This document shows, one piece after another, positions 1-9,372 of a DNA stretch of 32,000 nt (its first letter is position 1; every line of letters begins with the position of its first letter). The translations under genes were made by a program, and so were the position numbers. Source of the stretch: Saprospiraceae bacterium. Lineage in GTDB: Bacteria; Bacteroidota; Bacteroidia; Chitinophagales; Saprospiraceae. The stretch covers positions 1,657 through 33,656 of the forward strand of contig DAOLFJ010000010.1 of NCBI GenBank assembly GCA_035326365.1, written 5' to 3'. Below the pieces are notes generated by a model, which had not been told where the DNA came from, ran no database searches, and was given only the letters and a program-made list of their open reading frames with translations.

Positions 1-838
1 TACCCGTGAATAGTTGACCGATGCCCCATACAGTGGGATATATGGCAGTGATGATACCTATTTGTTCTGCATCATAATGAAGGGACAATAAAATAATAGG
101 TAGCAATCCCCATATCATGCCATCATTCAGGTTGTTGATAAGTCCCGCTTGGGTCACGGAGCTTAACGTTTTATTGGTAAAAGTGGTTTCTTTAAATATA
201 TTTTCCATTTTGGCAGCACTATCCGTGGTGCTTTCTTTTTGTACAAAAACGCGTGTATCCTTTACCCATAAAACGGTCAAAATAAATCCAAAGACAGCAA
301 TACAGAGACCAATATAAAAGGGATAAGGCGTGACACCATATTTATTGGCCACATATCCTGTCAGAAAAGCGACTACGCCCACTGCAAAATATCCTGCAAA
401 CTCATTTAGTCCCATCGCAAAACCACGATCTTTTTCGCCTACCAAATCGATTTTCATGACGACAGTACTGCTCCAGGTCAATCCTTGGCTTACGCCCAAT
501 AAGACATTGGCACCTATAACCCAATTCCAACTAGGCGCATATATCAATATGATAGGAATTGGAATAGCCAATAACCATCCAAACAGTAATAAATTTCGCC
601 TACCGTATTTATTGGCCAATCGACCCGTATAATAGTTGGCAATCGCCTTGGATATACCGAAAGCAGTAATAAATGAAAGTATGGCCGTCTTAGACGCCAC
701 TCCAAACTCAACCTCTGCAAACTGCGGTAATATGGTCCGCTCCATGCCTATCATTCCGCCAACAAAGGCATTGACAATGACCAGAATAGTAAATTGTTTC
801 CAGTTTTCTTTGAGACCTAAAGCGACTGTTTGATGCAT
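1..838 (-). CDS. MFS-family transporter, N-terminal 279 codons (3' end lies beyond window start)
   Basis: Absent from the ORF track because no stop lies in the window. I scanned the reverse-strand frame triplet by triplet from ATG (838-836) to position 2 and found no stop. Translation starts MHQTVALGLKENWKQF and ends IGIITAIYPTVWGIGQLFTG. It contains an MFS motif-A-like GRLANKYGRR (about 600-630). The plus-strand ORFs 117-317, 330-632 and 636-833 are its antisense shadows. Confidence 0.8.
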   Translation of the reverse strand, partial: MHQTVALGLKENWKQFTILVIVNAFVGGMIGMERTILPQFAEVEFGVASKTAILSFITAFGISKAIANYYTGRLANKYGRRNLLLFGWLLAIPIPIILIYAPSWNWVIGANVLLGVSQGLTWSSTVVMKIDLVGEKDRGFAMGLNEFAGYFAVGVVAFLTGYVANKYGVTPYPFYIGLCIAVFGFILTVLWVKDTRVFVQKESTTDSAAKMENIFKETTFTNKTLSSVTQAGLINNLNDGMIWGLLPIILLSLHYDAEQIGIITAIYPTVWGIGQLFTG

Positions 839-945
839 GTGGAAGTGTTGTTTGTATAAGAGAGACAAAAATACGTTACACTTGGATCATTTTGTAATTT
901 AATAATAAATGGTGCACAAAATCGGCAAAGTACTTGATAATATCT

Positions 946-2076
946 TCATATCAATGAGAATAAGTACCCAACGATCGAGCCACCCAAAACTACAAAAGCA
1001 CTATTAACATTTTTATAATTGAACGTTACACCAATACTTAAAATTCCAATAATTATTGTCCTCCAATCAGTAATACTATCCTTGCTCATATCAAAACAAA
1101 TCGCAATGATAATGGCTACAGACGCAACATTTACTGCATCCAGAAAAGCAGAGAACAAATGTGAGTTCCGCATTTTTTTTACCATAGGATTGAGCAATGC
1201 TACAAAAACAAAGGAAGGTAAAAAAATGGCAACGGTAGCTATGACTGCTCCAGATATATCATTGATTTGGTAGCCGATAAAAGTGACGGAAGAAAAGACA
1301 GGACCAGGTGTAAATTGCCCAACGGCAATAGCATCTATTAATTGCTGTCGAGTGATGAGCCCAGTAGCCACCAATTCCGTATCAAGAAATGCAAATAAAA
1401 CATACCCACTACCATAAAGAATGGAACCAATTTTTAAGAAAATCCAAAAGAGATTAGCGTTCGTTGCGGTAAGTATCGACGTATTTGTGAGTTGAAATAG
1501 AGTAATTGGTACAAAACTCTTAAGAGTGTTTTGCTTATTAAGCCTGAAGAATGCTAAGAACAAAGCAAAAGAACCAGCTCCAAACATCAAATAGATTTCA
1601 TTAATCTGAAGCACAGCAAAGACCAGCACTACGAGCCCTATGATGAGGAGTTCTAGGGACTTAAGTGATTTTTTTGCCAATGGGAAAATAGCTCCTAGAA
1701 TTATGGCAATAATGGCAGGCTTGATACCGTAAACAAAGGGTTGCACTTCTGGAAGTTGTCCATATTGTTTGTATAGCCATGCAAAAAATCCCGTGATAAA
1801 TACAGCAGGTAGAATGAAACAAAGACCAGCTAGGATGAGACCTTTCCAGCCTCCTCTATCATATCCTATATGGATAGCCATTTCTGTACTATTAGGACCA
1901 GGGATTAGATTGGTTGCACCTAAGAGATCCAGAAAATGCTGTTCGTTCATCCATTTTCTTTTCACCACTACTTCGTCCTGCATCATGGCAATATGGGCTG
2001 CAGGTCCACCAAAACCGATGAATCCCAGTTTGAGAAAGAGTTTTACTATTTCTTTTATATCTACTTTAGTTATCAA
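946..2076 (-). CDS. chrA: chromate ion transporter (CHR family)
   Basis: 376 aa polytopic membrane protein. N-terminus FLKLGFIGFGGPAAHIAMMQDEVV...FLDLLGATNLIPGPNSTEM is the classic CHR-family signature, and a second CHR half repeats it (GSILYGSGYVLFAFL...GQFTPGPVFSS). Confidence 0.85.
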   Translation of the reverse strand: MITKVDIKEIVKLFLKLGFIGFGGPAAHIAMMQDEVVVKRKWMNEQHFLDLLGATNLIPGPNSTEMAIHIGYDRGGWKGLILAGLCFILPAVFITGFFAWLYKQYGQLPEVQPFVYGIKPAIIAIILGAIFPLAKKSLKSLELLIIGLVVLVFAVLQINEIYLMFGAGSFALFLAFFRLNKQNTLKSFVPITLFQLTNTSILTATNANLFWIFLKIGSILYGSGYVLFAFLDTELVATGLITRQQLIDAIAVGQFTPGPVFSSVTFIGYQINDISGAVIATVAIFLPSFVFVALLNPMVKKMRNSHLFSAFLDAVNVASVAIIIAICFDMSKDSITDWRTIIIGILSIGVTFNYKNVNSAFVVLGGSIVGYLFSLI

Positions 2077-2104
2077 TATATTTTGCGATTACTGTTATCA
2101 TGAC

Positions 2105-2578
2105 TTATTTACGGATGGGTGAATTTCTGTACGTCGGAGGTTGAACGTTAAAGAATGATACTTTCTCCATGACATGGCAGCTATTACAATTGACGGTCAA
2201 TGTTTTAAAATTTTGATTAAAAAGTGTGGTGTCTTTTTTTGCCACCGCACTTTTCATTTCAGGCAAAACATTTGTCACAAAGTGTTCAGCAGATTTTGCT
2301 CTTTTGGGTCTGCGCTCCAATCCATATTCGATGGCAATTTTTATTTTTTCTAATTGATAATCTGCATATTGCCAATTCTCATCGTGACCTGCCCAGTATA
2401 ATTCTTGATATCGATACCCTGTCTCCACCATAGCATTGTCAAATCCGCGAAATTGTTTTTCTATGGTCTTAATCCTATCAGCTTCTGTTCCTATTATCCA
2501 ATCGCCTGTTACCTTTTCATTTTTTTGATGGCAAGATGTGAGTAGAAAAAGAATAAAAACAAATGTTAGGTATCGCAT
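2105..2578 (-). CDS. lipoprotein with single C-terminal CxxCH heme motif, class II (cytochrome c'-like, four-helix-bundle type) c-type cytochrome candidate
   Basis: 157 aa. Lipobox LLTSC. Helical-looking body with one heme-binding motif, CNSCH, near the C-terminus (FKTLTVNCNSCHVMEK), the placement typical of class II cytochromes c. Family assignment comes from motif position only. Confidence 0.5.
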   Translation of the reverse strand: MRYLTFVFILFLLTSCHQKNEKVTGDWIIGTEADRIKTIEKQFRGFDNAMVETGYRYQELYWAGHDENWQYADYQLEKIKIAIEYGLERRPKRAKSAEHFVTNVLPEMKSAVAKKDTTLFNQNFKTLTVNCNSCHVMEKVSFFNVQPPTYRNSPIRK

Positions 2579-2590
2579 AAAACGACTATT

Positions 2591-2604
2591 TTGATTTTCG
2601 TCAC
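2591..2604. promoter_or_regulatory. FNR/Dnr-like box TTGAT-TTTC-GTCAC upstream of the cytochrome c'-like gene
   Basis: Matches TTGAT-N4-GTCAA at 9 of 10 positions and lies 13-26 nt upstream of ATG 2578 (minus strand). It overlaps a -7-like box CACCTTTG (minus strand, 2611-2604). Confidence 0.3.
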
Positions 2605-3060
2605 AAAGGTGATACTATTTTTAAGATTAAGTACATTTCTTTTAGAATTTTACAATTAATTGATGTCCTTTGTCTTTAACCTATTTTTCAATAAAAGTTT
2701 GAAAGTTTTATTGAAAAATCTCCTATTAAATAGTTTTTTTGCAATCAAATTTCTTTTGAATTAAAATTGCACATCGTGGCTCACTTGTTTTCACTAAATA
2801 TATATTAACACAATAAGAATGTTGTTTAAAACTTATAAATATAATTTTTTTCTGGTATACATTCCATATTGCTAAGGATGATTTTTGCCTTGTCATAAAG
2901 GTATACAGGGGACTGCTTTAAGCTTCCTGTCGTGCCCTATAGGCTTTGTGAGAACTCCGTTAAAGTAATTGTCGGAAAAAAAAGACAATTACCTTTGCAG
3001 AAAGGTTATTACATAGTTTATTGATATCACAAGATTACAAACAAAAAAACAAAATATCAT

Positions 3061-3077
3061 TAGCAAGTCGATTGCTA
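3061..3077 (-). terminator. hairpin 2 nt after the RND stop codon, followed by a U-rich tract
   Basis: TAGCAA-GTCGA-TTGCTA (6-bp stem). On the minus strand it is followed by ATGATATTTTGTTTTTTTG. It marks the end of the ten-gene minus-strand block. Confidence 0.4.
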
Positions 3078-3079
3078 AA

Positions 3080-6000
3080 TTAATTACCCATTCTTCCCTT
3101 TATTGTGTCCACTAAATAATAGACCATTGGCACTAAAAAGACAGTCAAAATTAACGAAGAAAGAAGTCCACCAATGATTACCCATGCCAATCCATTTTTC
3201 CATTCTGCGGCTGTTCCTGTGGCCAATGCTATAGGAAGCATACCCACTACCATGGAGAGCGTTGTCATTAGAATTGGTCTCATACGACCTTTACCCGCAA
3301 TTATTAATGCTTCCTTAAAATGTTTTCCTTCTTCTTTGAGTTGATTGGTAAAATCCACGATCAGAATGGCGTTTTTCACTACCAAGCCCATCAACATTAT
3401 CAAACCTAGTAATGCAAATAAACTTAAATTATTTATCGACAAATTTAATGCTAGAAATGCACCTATGGCTGCTACAGGAATAGAAAATAAAACCACCATT
3501 GGATAAATAAAACTATCATATAGTGCAACCATGATCAAGTAAATAAGCAAAAATGAAATGAGCAGTACCGAACCCAATGCTCCAAAACTATCATTCTGCC
3601 TTTTGATGTCACTGCCCCAAGTCATTTGGATGCCTTTGGGTAGTGGATTATTTTTTAGGTAAGCTACTACTTCGTCTGCAACTGTCCCGGAAGGCCTGCC
3701 TAATGCGTCTGCTGTCAGGGTAACTGCTGCTTGTCTGTCCTTACGTTCCAAAAGTGAAGGGGAATTGTCCTGGACAATGGTCGCAAATTGTGATACTTCT
3801 ACAGGTACTCCCATCGGATTGATAATGGAAAGTTGTGTGACATCTTCGTAATTCTGTCGGTTAAATTCATCTAACCAAATTCTGATCGGGTATTCAGTGC
3901 CATTTTCTGTCAACGTAGCATCATCATTACCAGTGAAAGCTGTCCTTAGGTTCAGTCCCATATTGGCTGTTGTCAGACCTAAACGCTGCATTTTGTCTTT
4001 ATCAGGTATTATTTTGTACTCCGGACTGCCTACTTCCACAGATAAACGAACATTATCCGCTCCCGGAATTTTTTCAACGATTTCTTTTAAATCATTCCCG
4101 CTTTGCATCACCATATCCAAATCACTCCCACTTAATGTAATTTCTATAGGAGCCGAACGGGGTATTAAACCCAATGCCGCCATCGAATAATTGATACTAG
4201 GAAATTTCTGCTGCAAATCGACACGCAATCTTTTCATAAATGTTTCTGTCGGAATCTTTTTTAAATTCTTCTCTCGTAATTGTTCATTCGAAATTCGCAA
4301 TTGAATGGTGAATTCCGTTTTATTTGCCGAACCTACACCCAAACTTCCAATACCTGTGCTTGGTCCACCAATGTTGCTGAATACAGTTGCCACTTCAGGT
4401 TGTTGCAAAATATAGGATTCAATTTTTTGAGCCAATAAATTATTTTGCTGAATGGAAGTAGATTTGTCAAATTCCAAAGCCATCCTAAATTTTCCCTGGT
4501 CACCTGTGGAAATGAGTTCTTTTCCAATGATACCCTGTTTCATGATACCCAATGTCATTACAAAAAGCAACAACACAAGTCCTGTAAAAATAATTTTATG
4601 ACTCAAAACCCATTCCAAAAGCCGTCCATACCCATTGGTAAAATCATCCAATTGATGCTCAAACCAAAGTAGGAATCGATTGAAAAAATTGGTCGGTTGT
4701 AGATCTTCTTTTTTCCCAATACGCGAAGCCAACCATGGGGTAAGTGTAAATCCTACCAATAGACTGGTAAGCGTGGATGTTACCACCACCACAGAAAACT
4801 GCTTGAGCATATCGGCCACAAATACCTGCAAAAAAAGAATGGGCAAAAATACCACTACGTCAACCAATGTGATGGATAAGGCAGCAAATCCAATTTCCAT
4901 ACGACCATCCATGGCAGCGGTTCGTTTGTCTTTCCCTCTGTCTAAATGTTTTTGGATATTTTCTAAAACCACTACCGCGTCATCTACCAAAACTCCGATG
5001 ATCAAAGACATAGCCAAAAGGGTCATCAGGTTTAGTGTGTAACCCAAAAGCCACATAACGGCAAATGCAGTAACTAGTGAAGTCGGAATAGCTACGATGA
5101 CAATCAATGAATTTCTGAAACTCCTAAGGAATAAAAGCATTACAAGAGAAACCAATATTACCGCTAATATCAAGTCAAAAACAACTGAATCAACAGCTGC
5201 GATGGTATTGTCAGTGCTGTCGTCTGCAATAATAAATTTTACATCTGAATTTTTATTTTTTTCTTCAATGGATTTAAATGTGGATCGAACTAATCTGGAA
5301 ACATCCACCGCATTGGCATCGCCTTGTTTTTTTAGCAATAGCCCGATTCCATTTTTCCCATTGTAGCGACTGATAGATGTAGTCTCTTTAATACCATCGA
5401 CAACTTCTGCGATATCTTTTACATAAATTGGGCTACCCACAACAGGCATTGACACCTGGACTTGTCTTATATCTTCCAAAGATACAAATTTACCAGTCAA
5501 ACGAACTGAATTACTTTCTTTATCGGTTTGCAATTTTCCGGCAGGCAGGTCTAAACCTGAACGATTGATGGATTCCACCACTTGAACCATTGAAATTTTA
5601 TACAATTTAAGTTTGTCCTGATTGAGTTTTACTTGTATTTCTCTTTCTTCCCCACCTAATACCGTGATTTCTGCAACACCTTTTATCTGCTGGATTTGTG
5701 GCAGATAATCATCTTTCATTTTTTGATAAAATGCTGTCGCAGACAAATTGCTTGTTGCACTGATAGACATGATAGGCAAATCATTAGGCGACACTTTACT
5801 CATCACGGGACTTAAAATATCCTGTGGTAAATCTTTACGAATATTGTCAATGTATCGTTGTGCATCTTGCATTGCTTTGTCCAAATCGGTACCATAATTT
5901 AGATTGGCAATGATTATGGAAGCATTGGGCAATGACTTTGTGACTAAATAATCGACGCCTTCCAGATTAGATAAAGCATCTTCTATTTTTCGCGAAACGG

Positions 6001-6184
6001 ATGTCTCCACTTCATTGGGCTCTGCACCAGGATAAACGGTTTTTATAACCACCACAGGCTGATTAAAGTCGGGCATTAGTTCATAACTCAGATTTTTATA
6101 CCCAATAAAACCTAATAAAGTAAATATGCTAAACAGTACTATAATCAGCGAGGGACGTTTTATGGAGATTTCTGTAATATTCAT
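3080..6184 (-). CDS. RND efflux transporter, inner-membrane permease (HAE-type, AcrB-like)
   Basis: 1034 aa with 12-TM/two-large-loop architecture. The TM4 motif GVLVDDAVVVLEN carries the D-D pair of hydrophobe/amphiphile exporters, not the DFG-DGA form of heavy-metal RND pumps. Confidence 0.9.
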   Translation of the reverse strand: MNITEISIKRPSLIIVLFSIFTLLGFIGYKNLSYELMPDFNQPVVVIKTVYPGAEPNEVETSVSRKIEDALSNLEGVDYLVTKSLPNASIIIANLNYGTDLDKAMQDAQRYIDNIRKDLPQDILSPVMSKVSPNDLPIMSISATSNLSATAFYQKMKDDYLPQIQQIKGVAEITVLGGEEREIQVKLNQDKLKLYKISMVQVVESINRSGLDLPAGKLQTDKESNSVRLTGKFVSLEDIRQVQVSMPVVGSPIYVKDIAEVVDGIKETTSISRYNGKNGIGLLLKKQGDANAVDVSRLVRSTFKSIEEKNKNSDVKFIIADDSTDNTIAAVDSVVFDLILAVILVSLVMLLFLRSFRNSLIVIVAIPTSLVTAFAVMWLLGYTLNLMTLLAMSLIIGVLVDDAVVVLENIQKHLDRGKDKRTAAMDGRMEIGFAALSITLVDVVVFLPILFLQVFVADMLKQFSVVVVTSTLTSLLVGFTLTPWLASRIGKKEDLQPTNFFNRFLLWFEHQLDDFTNGYGRLLEWVLSHKIIFTGLVLLLFVMTLGIMKQGIIGKELISTGDQGKFRMALEFDKSTSIQQNNLLAQKIESYILQQPEVATVFSNIGGPSTGIGSLGVGSANKTEFTIQLRISNEQLREKNLKKIPTETFMKRLRVDLQQKFPSINYSMAALGLIPRSAPIEITLSGSDLDMVMQSGNDLKEIVEKIPGADNVRLSVEVGSPEYKIIPDKDKMQRLGLTTANMGLNLRTAFTGNDDATLTENGTEYPIRIWLDEFNRQNYEDVTQLSIINPMGVPVEVSQFATIVQDNSPSLLERKDRQAAVTLTADALGRPSGTVADEVVAYLKNNPLPKGIQMTWGSDIKRQNDSFGALGSVLLISFLLIYLIMVALYDSFIYPMVVLFSIPVAAIGAFLALNLSINNLSLFALLGLIMLMGLVVKNAILIVDFTNQLKEEGKHFKEALIIAGKGRMRPILMTTLSMVVGMLPIALATGTAAEWKNGLAWVIIGGLLSSLILTVFLVPMVYYLVDTIKGRMGN

Positions 6185-6196
6185 TATTAGTCTATT

Positions 6197-7252
6197 TTAT
6201 TTGATATTGATATTGGCGCCTTCAAAAAGATTAATAAATCCATTGGTTACAATTACATCTCCTTCACGGAGTCCGCTTGCCACCACTGCTTTATTTTGAA
6301 TCTTATCTGCAATCGTTATATTTTGTAAGACTGATTTTCCATTTTTAATCAAATAAACCTGTGGTTTATCAGCTGTACCCACAATGGATGATGCAGTAAT
6401 CAATATACCCTTTTTTTGTGTCTCGCCTTTTATAGCAACCTTACCAAACATTCCGGATTTTATTTTCAAATCTGAAGTGTTGTTTACCAAAAACTGAACT
6501 GGAAAACTATTGCCTATATTGGCTTTACTGCCTATCATGGTAGCTCTTCCGGTTAGTGAAATGTCAGTAAAAGCATCTGTAGTTATTGAAAATGATTGGT
6601 TTAGTCTAAATTTGTTTAAATCACCTTCAGGTACATTGATGGTGAATTTCAATGGATTAATGTCTGTTATTTGAACTAATGGAACTCCAGGTGCTGCAAA
6701 TGCCCCTTCTTCACTCAATTTTGCCGTGACTACTCCGTTGAAAGGTGCTTTGATGGTAGTTTTATGTATTTGTTCTAGCAATGTAGCTTTTTGGACTTTA
6801 GCTGATTTTAATGCTAATGCTGCTTTTTCTAATTGCGCACCTTGTATCGCATCAGCCTTAGCTAAAATAGTGTAGCGATTTACGTCCGCTTCCAATCCTT
6901 CTATCTGTACTTCTATACTTTGGAGTTGCAGTTTTAGTAGGGAATTATCCAACTGTAGCAAGGATTGTCCTTTGAGCACAATACTGCCTACATCCACCAA
7001 AACAGTATTGATTTTACCCTGTACTTCTGCACTTATTTTACCTTCCTTATTAGGTTCGAATGTTCCTGGATAAGTAATATTTGTGTTCAAATATTCAAGT
7101 TGAAGCGTGTCCACCTGAACATGTAAAGCTTGTTCCTTTTCGTACTGATATACTTTGTCTTCAGCAATTTTTTTATTGCTTTTTAACTTTATTGCAATGG
7201 CTGCCACAACTACAAGCCCCAGGATGATGGCAATGACTTTTTTCCAATTCAT
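6197..7252 (-). CDS. RND efflux periplasmic adaptor (membrane fusion protein, HlyD/AcrA family)
   Basis: 351 aa. N-terminal anchor helix, central coiled-coil stretch (LQLQSIEVQIEGLEADVNRY...LEKAALALKSAKVQ), C-terminal beta domains. It lies between the OMF and RND genes. Confidence 0.85.
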   Translation of the reverse strand: MNWKKVIAIILGLVVVAAIAIKLKSNKKIAEDKVYQYEKEQALHVQVDTLQLEYLNTNITYPGTFEPNKEGKISAEVQGKINTVLVDVGSIVLKGQSLLQLDNSLLKLQLQSIEVQIEGLEADVNRYTILAKADAIQGAQLEKAALALKSAKVQKATLLEQIHKTTIKAPFNGVVTAKLSEEGAFAAPGVPLVQITDINPLKFTINVPEGDLNKFRLNQSFSITTDAFTDISLTGRATMIGSKANIGNSFPVQFLVNNTSDLKIKSGMFGKVAIKGETQKKGILITASSIVGTADKPQVYLIKNGKSVLQNITIADKIQNKAVVASGLREGDVIVTNGFINLFEGANINIK

Positions 7253-7274
7253 TTTATTGATACTTAAATGGTTA

Positions 7275-8618
7275 TTAATATGTTTTATTTGTAACTGCTA
7301 TATTGCCTGTTATCTTCTTAAGCTCCAAATCCGATTTAAGGTAATCAATTACAGCATTCAGGTATGCTTGCTGGGCTTCCCGAAGTGCATTGTCAGCGAG
7401 TAAAACATCTGTCAACGTAGCTATTCCTTGCTTTTGTTGCAGGTTCGTTTGTTCATAAATAGTCTTTGCGAGTTCAATTTGTTTTGTGGTGGTCTCCACA
7501 GATCTCGATGACACTTTTCTTTGCAGTTTTAAATTTTCAACTTGCATTATATTCTGTTCCGTAAGCAGTGTATTTTGCATTTCGTTGTTTTGAAGCTCCA
7601 TCGTTTTCTGATTGATTTTCCGCTGTGTGATCTTTCCGTCAAACAATGGATAGGATAATTGGATACCTACAAAGCCAACAGGATAGAAATCTAAAAATGA
7701 GTTAAGCTCACTACGGTAGCCAAAACCGCTGGTTCCATAGCTGGCCAATAGGTTAAGAGATGGTAGGTATATTGATTTTTTTAATGTATTTATTTCACTT
7801 AAAAGCAAACGGTTTTGTGTTTTTACCATACGAATATCTACAGTGGACGCAGGTGTGTATTCGTTTGTGGGCAAGTATGTAATTTTGGGATCAATTTCCA
7901 AATTTAGTGCTACTGAAATACCCATGGAGAATTTCAAGGCATTTAATACTTGTTCGTATTTGCTTTGTATGCTTTCTTTTTGTGTGGTCAATTGTGCTAC
8001 CTGTAGCTTGATTTTACTGACATCTGTGCCTTTGGCAAGGAGTTGTTCCTTTAGGAGTTGTATATTATTAAGGAGTCGCTGAGCATTTATCAAGTTGCTG
8101 TCAATAAATGCCATCTGATGGTGCAATATCTGAGCGTTATAATATATATTGGAGATGTCAAAATAAATCTGCTCTTCGGTTTTTTGGTATTGTATTTCAG
8201 TAAGTTCCGATGCAATTATTGTGGTTTGGATGGCACCATACATTTGCGCATTATACAGAGGCATGGTCAACAACACATTTGCGTTAATATTGTGTGGCAC
8301 ACCAAATTTAGCTGCTTTAAACTGCCCATCAGGAGCAGCCGGATTGAAAGTAGATAATGGTAACAGCTGATTAGGTAGATTTGTAAAGTACTTGTAGTCT
8401 GTATTGACCATTATACGGGGCATTAAGTTTGCTTTTACTTCTTTTTCTTTTTGCTCACCGATGAGTATATTGTTTTTACTCATTTGTAGGCTTTTGTTGT
8501 ACACTTGAGCAGTGTCAATACATTGCTGCATCGACCAAACTTGTGCCTGTGTACGCTGAAAACCTATTACAAAAAGCACAACTAATAGATATAGTATGTG
8601 AATATTCACTAACTTCAT
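7275..8618 (-). CDS. TolC-family outer membrane efflux protein
   Basis: 447 aa. Signal peptide, two long helical-repeat halves, and the first position of an OMF-MFP-RND trio. Confidence 0.85.
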   Translation of the reverse strand: MKLVNIHILYLLVVLFVIGFQRTQAQVWSMQQCIDTAQVYNKSLQMSKNNILIGEQKEKEVKANLMPRIMVNTDYKYFTNLPNQLLPLSTFNPAAPDGQFKAAKFGVPHNINANVLLTMPLYNAQMYGAIQTTIIASELTEIQYQKTEEQIYFDISNIYYNAQILHHQMAFIDSNLINAQRLLNNIQLLKEQLLAKGTDVSKIKLQVAQLTTQKESIQSKYEQVLNALKFSMGISVALNLEIDPKITYLPTNEYTPASTVDIRMVKTQNRLLLSEINTLKKSIYLPSLNLLASYGTSGFGYRSELNSFLDFYPVGFVGIQLSYPLFDGKITQRKINQKTMELQNNEMQNTLLTEQNIMQVENLKLQRKVSSRSVETTTKQIELAKTIYEQTNLQQKQGIATLTDVLLADNALREAQQAYLNAVIDYLKSDLELKKITGNIAVTNKTY

Positions 8619-8631
8619 GAGTCAAATTTTT

Positions 8632-8922
8632 TTATTTGAGTAGGACTAATTGAGATTTCTCAGTTGCATGGAGCCAATGTTTTACATTAGGAGCGATTGA
8701 GACATAATCACCTGATTGGAGCATAAAATCCTGGTTAGTTTCATCTTTATAATTGACTTTGCCATGAATACAAAGCAACATGGCAGGTGTTTTGGTAATA
8801 TGCTCTTTTAATGTCCCATCCTGTTGTAATTGAATAGCGGTAGCTGTTCCTATTTCGCCTTTAAAGAGACTTTGTGCAGATACTTCTTTATCTGTTTGGT
8901 GCAATTGACTTAAATTTTTCAT
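8632..8922 (-). CDS. small cupin-like beta-barrel protein (paralog of 25211-25510)
   Basis: 96 aa. About 30% ungapped identity over about 60 aa to the nos-operon protein: TLKEHITKTPAMLLCIHGKVNYK versus TLDQHKTNIPARLMVLKGQVTYK. The classical cupin His motif is degenerate. Its start overlaps the upstream stop (ATGA). Confidence 0.4.
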   Translation of the reverse strand: MKNLSQLHQTDKEVSAQSLFKGEIGTATAIQLQQDGTLKEHITKTPAMLLCIHGKVNYKDETNQDFMLQSGDYVSIAPNVKHWLHATEKSQLVLLK

Positions 8923-9371
8923 TGGAAATATTGATTATACGTTGAAAAGGATGATTGAAGTTCGACAATTATCTTGTTGGCATCTTCTATTGATGTTGCA
9001 TCTGACAAGGAGGTAATTAATTCCATGTGTGGGTGCAGCCATTTGTGCAATTCATCGTGGCTTTCTCCAGTCATTGTACAGCTCTTAATCAAATGGCTAT
9101 TCTTTGATTTTAACTGTTCCGCAAGTGTCAGATAATCTTCCGATGTAGATATTATGTACTGGTTCAATATATCCTCTGCTTGCAAAACAAATGGTTTCAT
9201 CTCTTCATTGACCAGCCATTTTTCACCATTGTTGAGTTTGAGCGCCTCACCATCTTCATGGGTATCTTCATGTGGAGTAGATGATGTTGATGGTTGGTTG
9301 GCTTTGTTCGAAGCACTGTCACAACTGAATAAAACAGCACTAAGTGTTAATGCAAAAATTAACTTAATCAT
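8919..9371 (-). CDS. His/acidic-rich lipoprotein of unknown function
   Basis: 150 aa. Lipobox LFSC. Contains TPHEDTHEDGE and ESHDELHKWLHPHMEL clusters, a possible metal-binding helical protein. Confidence 0.6.
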   Translation of the reverse strand: MIKLIFALTLSAVLFSCDSASNKANQPSTSSTPHEDTHEDGEALKLNNGEKWLVNEEMKPFVLQAEDILNQYIISTSEDYLTLAEQLKSKNSHLIKSCTMTGESHDELHKWLHPHMELITSLSDATSIEDANKIIVELQSSFSTYNQYFQ

Positions 9372-9372
9372 A

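Noticed and set aside
117-833. Three plus-strand ORFs (117-317, 330-632, 636-833) from the track
   Set aside because: They lie antisense to an uninterrupted MFS-transporter frame on the minus strand (1-838). Their translations are low-complexity with no motifs, so they are shadow ORFs.
881-899. 19-nt similarity CTTGGATCATTTTGT(A/G)ATT between 881-899 and 14812-14830
   Set aside because: It has one mismatch and opposite orientation relative to the downstream genes. At 14812 it is simply one arm and loop of a terminator hairpin. For AT-rich sequence this is within reach of chance. Worth a genome-wide count, but not reported as a repeat family.
1019-2433. Plus-strand ORFs 1019-1273, 1769-2122 and 2224-2433
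   Set aside because: They are antisense to chrA and the cytochrome c'-like gene, both of which have clear family signatures. No independent support.
2988-3000. 13-nt identity TTACCTTTGCAGA between 2988-3000 (plus) and 12076-12064 (minus)
   Set aside because: By a rough estimate, tens of exact 13-mer matches are expected by chance among all position pairs in a 32-kb two-strand window. The shared part is mostly the common -7 promoter consensus.
2860-3010. tRNA, SRP RNA or another known structured RNA in the large spacer
   Set aside because: It has no T-loop GTTCGAATC-type motif or cloverleaf. The segment AGGAAGC...AGCAG on the minus strand only superficially resembles the SRP domain IV consensus, and the required GNRA-capped helix is absent.
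3897-5366. ORFs inside the RND gene region (plus strand 3897-4190, 4445-4672, 4680-5042, 5097-5366; minus strand 4333-4527)
   Set aside because: All are embedded in, or out of frame with, the 1034-aa RND permease, and their translations look like antisense or frameshift noise.
7155-8357. Plus-strand ORFs 7155-7403, 7843-8082 and 8058-8357
   Set aside because: They are antisense to the MFP and TolC genes and have Cys/Leu-rich nonsense-like composition.
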